Assembly (NCBI GenBank): GCA_051362555.1
Contig: CM120640.1
Span: 71,526,788-71,590,787, forward strand
DNA from: Lingula anatina
Lineage: Eukaryota; Animalia; Brachiopoda
DNA: 64,000 bases
Reading direction: 5' to 3'
Shown: positions 24,400 to 36,800 of the stretch, piece after piece
Numbering within the stretch: position 1 is the stretch's first letter
How the letters are laid out: each line of letters opens with the position of its first letter
Notes under the pieces: generated by a model
Databases searched by the model: none
What the model saw: only the letters and a program-made list of their open reading frames with translations
What the model was told of the DNA's origin: nothing
Position numbers and translations under genes: made by a program

Positions 24400-27083
24400 A
24401 TGGCAGCGCCCAGTGCTCGTGTACTCGTTTACGGTGGAAAAGGTGCACTTGGATCGGCGTGCGTTACTTATTTCAAAGCCAGACAATATGTACGTAACAT
24501 GATTCCAATTAAATTGCTGAATCTGTTTCAGTTTGCTTGTTTTTCTTGTTTGCTGATGCGTCGTTTGTTTTAACAGTTAAAATATTAAAATAAAAGGCTT
24601 TAAGATAGCCTTGGGGCAATCACACAACTTGTTAAGTTGTTTTCAGGAAACAACAATTAAAAAATACTTCAGCACTTTCACTAGTTATTACAACATAAGG
24701 TCAAGGCCTCATAACACCCTGTGTTAAAAACTCCTGTCACTTACAAATGACATGCGTAAGAGCTAATGCTATTGCATGCCTGGAATAAAAAGAGTAAAAA
24801 TTAAGTAATCAAACTGTTTAGTGTAGCGATGCAAAATGACTTTTAAGTTTAAAATTAGCAAATTATATAATTCAAAGTGTGGCAAATGTCTTATAATTTT
24901 CACTGACTAGATCCCCTGCCCCTTCCCAAAAGTGTAAAGCATGCACACTGTGTCCCAAGGAAATAAGTTTCATGTATTCAGCATTGCAGAATATCTCCAG
25001 GGGTAGGACGATTATTGCACACCTTCTCAATATCTTAGCGACTTAGTTCTGACAATTATATTTGATCATATTTATGCAGGTTTGTTGTTGTTGAAGTGTT
25101 CATTTTATTTTGTTGTTTCAGTGGGTGGGTTCTATCGATTTGGTTGGAAATGAAGATGCAGATGCTAACATCTTGGTGAAGCCTGGAGAGAGATGGGTGG
25201 AGCAGGAACAGCAGGTATCTGCGGCAGTGGACGACAGTCTGGGTGGAGAGAAGGTGGACGCCATTATCTGTGTAGCTGGAGGATGGGCTGGGGGAAATGC
25301 TGCTTCTAAAGGTAATAGCATGTGTTCCTCTAGCATTAATCTTTCATTTGTACTACAGAAACTTCATCATGAGCACCTTTTTTTACAGCAATGTTGAATG
25401 GATATTTTAAAAAGTTTTTGTTATTGCTAAAAAGGTTTAATATGTCAGTTAATAAAGATGGTAGGTGTTGAAGACCAAACAGATTCTTTATCAGTAGTTA
25501 TCCAGTACATCCCAGTTGTACAAGTGCTCTGTTTTCTCATGCAACAACTTTTCATCTGTTGTGACATGGGTTGTAACTTGTGTTAACAAAAGGAAAAAAG
25601 ATGAATTATTTCATCAATATATTACCTATTTGTTACCACAAGTCAAATGTGTAACAGAAAAGGTTAGGTTTTCACTATCTCTTCTCAATTCATCTTTGTA
25701 GATTTGGTCAAGAATTGTGACTTGATGTGGAAGCAGAGCGTATGGACCTCCATCATCTCCTCTCATCTGGCTGCCAAACATCTCAAAGAGGGTGGTGTCC
25801 TGGCTTTGACAGGTGCTCAGCCAGCTCTCCAGGGGACGGCAGGTAAACATTATCTTGTCTAAACATCTCAAAGATTACTGCCAGTTTTTCTTCTACAAGA
25901 CGGGTTTTTATATATTTTATATATATAAGTTTTCTTAAATTTTTAGGTATGATAGGGTATGGTATGGGTAAGGCAAGGCTGTGTGTATATATTTATATAT
26001 GAAGGGTTTCTCAATGTCCTAGGTATGATATGGTATGGTATGGCTAAGGCAAGGGTGTGTGTATATATTTTATGTATGAAGGTTTTCTCAATGTTCTAGG
26101 TATGATCGGGTATAATATGGCTTAGGCAAGTGTTTATATATATTTATATATGAAGGTTTTCTCAATGTTCTAGGTATGATAGGGTATAGTATGGCTAAAG
26201 CAAGGGTGTGTGTATATATTTGTATATGAAGGTTTTCTCAATGTTCTAGGTATGATCGGGGTATAGTATGGCTAAAGCAAGGGTGTGTATATCTATTTAT
26301 GTATGAAGGTTTTCTCAATGTTCTAGGTATGATAGGATATGGTATGGCTAAAGCTGCAGTTCACCAGCTGGTGGCTAGTCTAGCTGCTCCTAACAGTGGT
26401 CTTCCTGCCAAATCTCTGGTGGCTGCAATACTGCCGTAAGTAACGCATGGAGTTACTGTTCATTGCTGTGGACAGTCTTTGTACAACATACTTTACATGG
26501 ATAAATGTGGCCTTGGTTCACTTTCCACTTGAGTTTTACAATGTGGAGAACTATAGGTTTAGATATAGGACAACCACGTAAATAAAATTGTAGATTTACT
26601 ATTTTAATTGTTTATTTCATTATTTAAAATGTATAAAGATTTTGTCTTCAGAGTCACCCTGGACACCCCCATGAACAGGAAGTGGATGCCAGATGCTGAC
26701 CAGACGACTTGGACACCACTCAACTTTGTGGCAGAGTAAGTACTGCTTGGAGACCCCCCCCCCTCGGAGGTTGGAGGGAGAGGGGAGTGACAGATCATTG
26801 TTGGCAGTTATTTGTCAACAAGACTTTCAAAAAAGAAAAAAAATTGGCAGACTTACTAAGCTTGTTTGCATGTATACATTCTTATTGCAAGAAATAAAAA
26901 TGCAGATTTTATCAACTGTTCCTGACAATTTGTATTCGTTGTTTAATTTTTTGTAACAGAATTTTGATTCATTTTGGTTGCAGGCTGTTTGAGAAATGGA
27001 CCACCAACCAAGAGCGTCCAGCCAGTGGTAGTCTGGTCCAGCTACTGACCAAGGAAGGGAAAACTGACCTGGTCGTTGTTTGA
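24400..27083 (+). CDS. QDPR: Dihydropteridine reductase (SDR family), 6 exons, ~237 aa
   Basis: Exons 24400-24489, 25122-25311, 25702-25842, 26327-26435, 26652-26735, 26984-27083 (714 nt). [15 protein letters not shown] Rossmann motif, [14 protein letters not shown] catalytic Yxxx[14 protein letters not shown]. Confidence 0.96.
25900..26354 (+). repeat. ~76-bp tandem repeat x6 spanning the QDPR intron 3/exon 4 junction
   Basis: Each unit ...TTTCTCAATGTTCTAG|GTATGATAGGGTATGGTATGGCTAAAGC...; AG at 25945, 26021, 26098, 26172, 26248 and 26325 (true). Confidence 0.95.
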
Positions 27084-29120
27084 ATACTGAGGAGAAATTT
27101 TCCTTGTAAACTGTCTCGTTAGATGTGTGTGTGATTAGTTCTGTGTATTTAATAAGTTATATGAGTTAAAGGAAAGGTGACTGAAGTGACGCCAGGATGA
27201 CTTTGAGGCAGATTACAATATGGAGGTGGAGCTCTAGTTATAAGTATCTAATAGAGTATTTAGTTGTATGTTTTAGTTACTGAACCTATTGGTAGAAAAT
27301 GCCAAATGTTGTCAAGTGTTGTCATATTGTTTCATGTTTGTTAAAATAACAGGGCCTTTAAAACGGCTCATAATCATGCAATGTGGAGGAAGTTACTGTA
27401 GTGCCAGTGCCCATACTTGAGGTTGTTTTGAGTAGTATATTGATATCATCACCACCAGTGCTGCCAAGAGATCAGCATGGGGCCTTCATTTTACCCCAAC
27501 TATACCAAGACTTGGTGTTATTCTTAAGACATTGTTTCACATTGTGAATTGCTTTTATTCATATGCTACTTATTTACCAATATGATTAAAGCACAAAACA
27601 TCAGTATTCAACCTTTTATGGTATTGTTAATACAGAGAGATAAAATAAAATATCAGCTTTTTTTGTACTATTGTTATAATTATATTAAGACGACTGTATT
27701 TACACAAAGGGATTGAATGCAGTCCAACATCTAAAGCCCCCAGGATGGATTTGTGAGGAGTGTCCCTCAAACAAACCTTAGGTCAAGATTGGTGGCTAAA
27801 TTGTAAGCCCTCCTGTGAAAGTTAGTCAAGAGAAAAGATCATGATCACTTATTTAATATTGCACTTTGTTAAAGGCTTTAACAGTATATGTATTGTTTTG
27901 TTTTTTTGCCTTATAGTTCAGAGTATGTATTCATATTTTAGATCAATTTGTTGATATACAAGTATAACCAATGTTAATATTTTTTGTTAAATCTAGTTAT
28001 AAACCGATATTGACAACTGCTGGACTCCATTCCAATTGTGGAACTGATTGAAACTAATGCTGCTGGTTGCCATGGTGATTTCTTTCTCAAATATGAGGTC
28101 AGCTCAAGGTCACAAAGGTCATTTATGATGTACAAGGTCACATTCTTTAAAGCAATATAGATCAACAGAGAACATTTAAAGAACAAGGTGAAGTAGTAAG
28201 AAAGGGACACAGCAGTGGATGAATAGTCATTGTTTTTAAACCAAGCCACTGTGTGCACAGATATCACATCTTCAGTTTGAGATCATTTTGGAAATAGAAG
28301 CCAGCACTAACATTTCTGACTTATTATAAAATAGGAAGGCAATGGTTACTAATTATGCCACATATTGAGTTATTTGAGGTATTTGGTTTGAACATTCCAG
28401 CATATTAACACATCTTCATGGTTTATAAAACCTGGAGTAAATTTTTCTCAATAATTGAAAGATTTTACATCAGAAGCATTATGGCAGCTATTATTTTATT
28501 AATGAAGTGCAAATTAAGGTCTTTTGTAACAAAGTCAAATCATTCTAATCACTGCCAAGGAACCTTGCAGGCAGATAATCAAAAATTTCTCTGCAATTTT
28601 TGTATCACATTTTTCTTGGTATACTCTTCTACAAGAATACCAGTGATTTTATACATGTTATACTAATTTTATGTATGTGTTGTTGCATACTAACAGTGTT
28701 AATTAGGTGCTTGAATAGACTGTGTCAAGTTGTGATGTTCCAGTATCCAGTAAATTTTGTGTATTGGCCCAAACAGCAGGCTCCTATTGTGGCTCTGGGT
28801 AATGGCAGGGGAGAAGTTCGACCAGGCTGTCATCTTAGAGATAAGTTCAATTAACCCATGTAATACTACATGTGCCTTATGGAATAAAATACAATTGACA
28901 CAAGTTTATCTTTGTTTTTAATGAAATTCAGAGGGTGTTTGCTGGTTGAGTGGAGAAACGTCCAGGGCAGAGCACCTGACATGTTATACAGTATGTTATC
29001 TTGTAGAACAAACCCAAGTATTCAAAATGCGTGCCTGCATTGTCGCTTTATGGATGTGAAAGGTGTTCAAGTAATACAACCTACCCAGGCACATTTTTGT
29101 TTAAACCGACAAGCTTTTAA

Positions 29121-29337
29121 GACTGCATTCCCACAGATTTTTAGATCGATCTATCCCCGTGGGGAGTCTCACTAGATTGCTATCAGCTTAGCCAGCTTAA
29201 ATGTCTGTCCCGCCTACTAAAAGCTGTAACAGGGCAATCAACTTTCGCGCACGCTCAGCTGTCAACAATTTAGCATGAACCCCCAGGGAGTTGGGTCGAT
29301 CCAGATGGATCAATCTAAATCTGTGGGAACCCAGTCC
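29121..29337 (+). mobile_element. MITE family B, copy 3
   Basis: Same TIRs and interior as copy 1. Confidence 0.8.
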
Positions 29338-30800
29338 AAGACTACAATTAGAATTTGTTTCTTGGTTAGTATTTGACAGAACAAAAAAGTTTTGAACACC
29401 ATGCTAGTGAGCATGCTGTCACTAGCCTTTTATTTTCTTTGTACAGCTTAGAAAAGAATGATTTAAATACTAACTCCATCAATCTGTTGAATGAGTTGTT
29501 TGACCTTTCCAAATTAGGAATAGTTTACATACATGGGATATACAGAGCCATATGAACACACAAAAACATGATATGAATTTAAAAAAAAACTTTAAAAACA
29601 TGATATCAAGAAAATGTACTTTCAGCTGTACACAAACAAAAAAGTTTGTTTTAAAAATCTTCATTTGATCGATGGATCAAGTAAAAAGAAAGTAAAGGTG
29701 ACAACCTACAACTGTAGCTCCTAGGGACAATAAGAATTCTACACTGCTAGTCTAGCACTATCTACTGCATACATACATGTTGTCCTGCTCCACCAAGACA
29801 CAACACTCCTGATGGAGCTGAACATTTTGATTATCAATGAGAGATTTATCTCCAATACACAGGAAGGGGGTCAGTTTTGACTGGACCCTTGGTTTCATGT
29901 GACACCTGTCTTCATAGCAACAAGGCCCTGTAAACATTGCACACCTATGTTAATGTGGACATCCCAACTATCAGGAGTTCAATGTGTGGGACCCTGCTTT
30001 CCTCACGACACATTAAACATGATTGTCACATGCACTTTGCTACCTGAGACTTCTACATTGTCTTCTTCACACCACAGCACCAAATAAAGTCATTTCTTAT
30101 TATAAATAGTCTGCCAGTTATGTTACCTTTATAAAATGGTAAATTATAAATATACCGCCTGTTCTCTGCTCTTTACCCTACCTTATTAAAATATAACAGT
30201 AAGGAATAAAACGGATAAAAACCGTGTAAGGGAAGAGCTAGTAATGCTTACAACTTTACAGTCATGCAATTATCTATTCCACAAAAAGCATGTCTCTACA
30301 ATAAATAATTACATCATTTGTTCAGAAATTAAAGCCATCTTCATATTAGAATTTATTTTTCCAGGCCAAATTTCTTTATACCCAAAGCTCTGTCCACTGT
30401 TACAGTGGGGCTCCCAAAGTTCAATCTCCATTACTTTCACTTTATATATATATAGACATATATACAGCAGGTGGGTGGACATCTTGTAAGTATCAAAATT
30501 CAAATTAAAACAAAATTTTCATTTAAGCAATTATAAAAGTAAATAAACATATAACACTCTGTACAAAAAATGACTAGAAAACATTTTTGAAAATGTTCAA
30601 CTTTTTTTTGCCATTTTGCCTGAGCTACCTACAGTTAAAGTTGCTGAGTTAGCAAACCAGAGGAAGCATCCATGGTTTATAGACACATGATTAGTGACCT
30701 GTAACAAATAATACGTGGAATATGTAAAACATCATTCTACTTAGTGTTCCCCTTTTCATTATTCACTCTTCAAGTGATTTGAAAGTGTACAAAATGGCTC

Positions 30801-33800
30801 CTATACACTTGTTTCTTTGTTCAAACTTTTTCTCCTGTTCTCTTTCCGCAGGACCCAAATGTTGTTTTCCCCATCACTTTGTGCTGAACTGGAAGAATCA
30901 TCATCTCCATGTGGAACCATTTGATCATAGGCACTAGCTGAGCGTGGAAACCACCCTCCGCGCTCATTGTGCCTTCTGTGTCCACTGTCACTACTGTCCT
31001 GCTTGGTACTGGACTTTTCATCAAATGTTTTATTCACAAACACATAGGGCACTACCCGCGGCCTGTCCCGGAACTCTTCCTCCCAGTTCAGAGATTTGGG
31101 TTTAGATATTGGTCGCTTATGTTTCCCATGTGATCTGCGTCTCCGCCTTCTATGGCTGCCCTCAGAGTGGTCTGAGTCATGTGACCTGTGCCGCGTCTTG
31201 GGACCAGGTAGAGCACCGTTTGACCTGGAATTGTTCCGAAGATGTGGCCTCGCCTGGGAGTCCGACTGAACATCTGACTCCAGCAGCGCCAGTCTATATC
31301 TGTCTGATGGACTGTCAGAGTGCGTGGACAACAAATTGTTCCGAGAAATACTGGAATAAGAATCAGACCTAGCTGGAGAAATTGCTCTGTTATACTTGGG
31401 GATTCTTTGTTCTAGTTCATCTATAAAGTTATCTCCCTGTTTGTACCTCCTAGTTCTGCTATGAGAGTCAATGGAGGTCCTTGAGGTACTGAAGGAATCA
31501 TGAGATTTGTAAGGGGTATGGAACTGGTCAAACTCTCCTGGCGTCAGAGGTGACCGCCGTAGAGAAGCAGGCAATAATGGCGGTGCTGGGGGTTTGAACG
31601 CCTCCACCCCCTGCAAGTCTGCGTACTCGGGCAGAACTGCTGTATCCGTGGCAACAGAGGCTGGTCTCGTGTCCTGACTGACTGAGCTCTGACCGTCAAA
31701 ATCTCTCAGTCTTGGCTGAGCTGGGCAGATACCCATGTGAACTCCACCATTGACTTCACTGCTATGACCAGCATGAAGGTTACACCTGGGTTTGGGCAGA
31801 GTGCTGTCCCCCAGGCCCACAGGAACCGTACAGTACCCCACAGGAGGGGGAGGTAAGGGTGGGGCTATGTTCACAGACTCCCTGGGGGACCTGTGCCCCC
31901 CCACTATAGGCTCCAACTGATTCCTGTCCATTGAAGGTGGAGGGGACGACACACCGTGTGGAGTTGGACTTCTGGATAAAGAACGGTTTGCTGGGTTACG
32001 GGTTAAACTGTTATATGTGGGTGGGGGGTCAGTGTAAGGGGACGCCGTGCGCGGTCGACTCTGTACCTGGATTTCAATGCTGAGGTGCGTGTTGGCATCA
32101 CTGTTGGAGGCCTGACTCAATCTATTGCTACGATTACTACTTGGTAGTTCACCAAATGCTACCACATTGGTCCTCTCCTGGCCAGAGCTGTACCCATTGT
32201 ATTTCTCTGTGTTCAGTTCCTTATTCAACAGCTTCAGCTGCTGTCTCCTGCGATTCTTCTCCCAGTATTTCTTGGCCACTCCATTCTGTCTGGGGTTATA
32301 GAAGGCAGGTTGGTTCTCATGGATACTGTGCATGGAGGTGTCTGTCCCTGCCCCCCCTGGGGCCAGGCCACCCCCGGGGATTAGGGCACCCCCTGGGACT
32401 AAGTTCAGATTGGAAGTCTTTGGCAAGTTTATATTCCTGGAGTGGTTTGTGTGATTGGTGTTTGCAGATTTCAGCGTAAGTGCAGAGTCGAGACTGGTCA
32501 TTGACTGCTGGACTGCTGTCTGGATCACATGACCATTAGCAGCTGGCACGTGATTGGTTGTATGATTGGTAAGGGCACTATTAATGTTTGTCATTGGCCC
32601 ATTACCATTACTGATTGTGTCTGGGTTTGAGTTTACATTAACTTCATATGGAGGCGTCTTCACACAGCAGAAAAACCTCCACCAGCACAAACGAACATCT
32701 TTTCTTGAAAACACATAAAAAACCAAGATGAATATTCCCAGTCCTGAGCTGCTGACCAGGTACAGGTAACTAAACAATGTCTTCTGATATGGCAATGACT
32801 CTGCAAATGGCCGAGCAGCAGCAAAAGCACCACATATCCACATGAATATAAACACACAGAGAACAATGACCAGCGCCCTCAGCTGGCTGATAGTGCGATG
32901 TTCCACGTCCACCACCGTGGATGATTTGGACATACAGGTAGCGTTGGTCTGGCCCCCCGTAGAGCCCCTCTCTGTGGTGATCAACTCTATCTCATTCTCT
33001 GCTATTTCCTCTGTCTCCTCAGAATCATTGAAGTCCTTGCTGTCCCCACTCAGCTGGCAGGCAGTGCAGATAAAAAAGATACAGGTGAGGAGGAGAAGGA
33101 ACCCTGTGGGACCAAGGAACGCCAGGAAGGCCAGACTCGGCTCCCATGCCAGGAAACAACTGAAACAAGAACAGAATGGCCTGGAGAGTGGGAAATAATG
33201 ACCACTTTTAAAATGCACTTACTTATTCTGGCATTATTTTATTTCAGTTTCTTTTATCTGAATATTTCTGCTATATTTTCTTTCTTTTAAAGTTTATACA
33301 ATTACACTATTTCTATTTGAATTACTTTTTTTACACTTTATATAATTATTTTAACTTGCATGGGCAAGGTAATGTTGACCTACATTCCCTTACATCACAT
33401 ACCATAGACTGCCCAGTAGCATGTTTTAAGTAAGTATGAAAAAAGATGAAAGGCACAGTGATAATTGTCCCCTAGCACTTACTACTCCTGTCCCATATAA
33501 AAGTCCAGGCTGACTGCCCCAGTGATACCACAGATAATAACAGCCACACCCCAGCCCAGCAGGTAGAACCTCAGCATGGGTTTAGGGGGCAGGGGGCCCA
33601 TCAGGTCTGAGGGTGGGGGCTCTGGAGGTTTACGAGACTTCACTAGTCTTTTGTACATATTGCTGAAAGTAGAAAATAATACAGTACATAAAACCTTATG
33701 ACGTTAATGACTTTTTTGCAATAATTCTTTAATTTTTAGTGATAAAACAAGGCTATGGACTGAAACAGTCACATATAACAGCACACAGTGAAAAACCCAC

Positions 33801-36800
33801 ATCACAATTACAGTCACAGAGCCTATAGCCTTAGAGAAGAGAGCAGGTGTTCTCTGTTTCTCACCTGGCTGCTATGGCAATCCAGAAGAAGGTGGTCATG
33901 GAGAAGTAGTGGACAGCTATACCAATGGCCTGGCAGGCTCTCCTGCTCTCGTAGTGCTTCACTCCTAGTGTAAATACCAGGATGAGGAAGACCAGACTGA
34001 CGCACATGTTAACCAATGTGTGCTTGGCTTTCTTTGGAATGCGGATAAATCTGAAAATCATTTTTAAGTCAATTCACTATTTGCTAAAAAGTTTGAATTC
34101 ATGTAAATGGAATAGATAATCACAGTTCACAATCAAATAGTTCCTTACTTGTGACATGTGCAGTAAGTAATGATGGTAGTAGCCAAGCAGACGACACAGA
34201 TACCACTCCCCACATACACCACTGGGTCCAGCATTATCAGCCAATCAAAGATCTGCCACCAGTCACGCTGCGGGACTACTGGCTCAAGTTTTTCCTGTAA
34301 TAAAAACAGTTATAACATTTTGAACAGAACAGTTGCACTATTTTATCAAAACATGCCCTGTATATCTCTTTAATCCTTTGCTGTACTATTACACTTCATG
34401 TACTTCTCTACCTGCCCTATGTCACAATACAAAGCAGTCCATATGTCCAGCTTGGGGCAAAAACTCAATACAAGGTTGTTGACCTGGTTCACTGTACAAT
34501 ATCCATAATATTCCTTATAAATATAAATAACTTGAAGTACAGCTCTGACTGGAGGCAGTGGCTCAGTGACTCAGGTTCATCAGGTTAAGTAGCCTGTATT
34601 CTACATTCCTTATAAAAGCAGTTTTCTGGTTTACTAAGCAAGCCCAAATTCAGTAAATGAGCCCTGGATAATATTAAACAGTAGATATGTGTATAGAGGT
34701 TAAAACGTAGGACCAGCCAAAGATACGAGAGAAGCAAACCTGTGTGTATTAATGCAGCTGTTATCAAATCAACAAAGAGGTATTTTTCAAAATGCCCTGG
34801 TTTTTTTCTGCCTTTTTTCCATGAATAAAAGCACTTTAAAAGCATTCTTTATTTGTTAGAAAACTACTTTTCCCACCTTTAATGGATGACATGATCACCC
34901 TGGTATACATTAACTTGCTTGGTTAGACCAATTCTTACAATTCACTCTTTTTTTTAAACTTTTCCATGTTGTATTTACCCAAAGACCACCACAAGACTTC
35001 TCCAAGTATCACTTTCCTCCTAACAAACATATCAGTGAATTGCACGCCTAAGTTCCTCACAAAATGTACTGAATACAATGTAAGCAATCCACTATGCTGT
35101 CATAATATATAATAAATCAATTAACCATGCTCTATCATACTCTCCCATTATGATGCTGTTCTTTCCCTCAGAACCAGAAGCTATATTGTATCTCAAAGAT
35201 AGAAGAAATCTCCATGACCAGACCACCCTGCATAAGAGACATTTACAGGATGCCAAACAATGTGATTATTTTTACTCTATTGACCTTTCAGGGTGAACTG
35301 ATATACTGATAGTTTTTAGTTGCCACAGAGCCTGATGGTCTTTTCATGCATTAAAGTACTCCTGAACTACCCACAGTGCTCCTGAACTACCCAAAATATT
35401 CTTTAACTACCCATAGTACCTCTAAACTACCCAAAGTATCCCTTAACTACCCACAGTGCTCCTGAACTACCCACAGTATCCCTGAACTACCCACAGTACC
35501 CCTGAACTACCCACAGTACTCCTGAACTACCCACAGTATCCCTAAACTACCCACAGTATCCCTGAACTACCTACCTGAACTACCCACAGTATCCCTGAAC
35601 TACCCACAGTACTCCTGAACTACCCACAGTACCCCTGAACTACCCACAGTACTCCTGAACTACCCACAGTATCCCTGAACTACCCACAGTATCCTTGAAC
35701 TACCCACAGTATCCCTGAACTACCCACAGTATCCTTGAACTACCCACAGTATCCCTGAACCACCCACAGTACTCCTGAACTACCCACAGTATCCCTGAAC
35801 TACCCACAGTACTCCTGAACTACCCACAGTACTCCTGAACTACCCACAGTATCCTTGAACTACCTACAGTACTCCTGAACTACCCACAGTCCCCAAGAAC
35901 TATCCTCATCACTCCTTATCTACCCACAATATCCCTGAATTATCTACACTACTCACTGTGTCTGTCATGCTTTTCAGCACTTCTGTATTCACATTGTACC
36001 CCTGACACATTGCAATATTTTTCAGTCCTACACAAATACACTACTACTAATAGATTTCACTGTGCTGCATTGATGCCACGCTTTTTCAATACATTATCAA
36101 TTATTCTCAGCCAGATTATCACTACACAGCTGACCTCTGCTGGGATTCACCAGCGAAATAGTGTCATTTTACCTTGCTATCTGTCTGTATACAGTCAAGC
36201 CAAATACTTAACCACCAATGAAGGAAATATATTAAATGCCTATTCTCATAATGAAAATTCATGCAGCAATAGGAAACATGGCAAAACGTCTTCCAGGCTA
36301 TCCTAATGCATTCAGGCCAGTGACTTTTATGTGGACATGACTCTGGACAAATGGGCATGCAACATCAGGCATCAACCATTTGTGGGGCACTGTTACTTAT
36401 TTTGGTGCCCTAAGCATGGATATGTATGAGTGCCAGATGCTGGAGATAATTGCAGTCACCTGTACTCAGGCAAAGTAGAGTTAACTTCAAAGAAAACCAG
36501 ACTGCAGTGTAAACAAACCAGAACATCTTGAACTGCTTGCTTTCCTCTCTATCTAGAGGTGTAGTGAGGGGGGGGGGGGGGGGGGGGGGAGACACCAAAA
36601 TCAACTTCATATGAATATCATCTAATTGGGTTCAAGTGAAACATTTCCTTCTACTATACCTTACAACTTATAATAAAATTCATCCAATTTTTTTGAAAAA
36701 ATTATAGCCTAGCTTAATTAGTTCTCATGATTGTGACAAACATTCCCTTACCTCCTCTTAAGAATGCTCTGTATTCATATCAAAGTCTGGATCCATCCAC

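Noticed and set aside
31109-33198. Antisense and alternative-frame ORFs over the last ADGRA3 exon
   Set aside because: Shadow ORFs of a GC-richer coding exon with no independent evidence.
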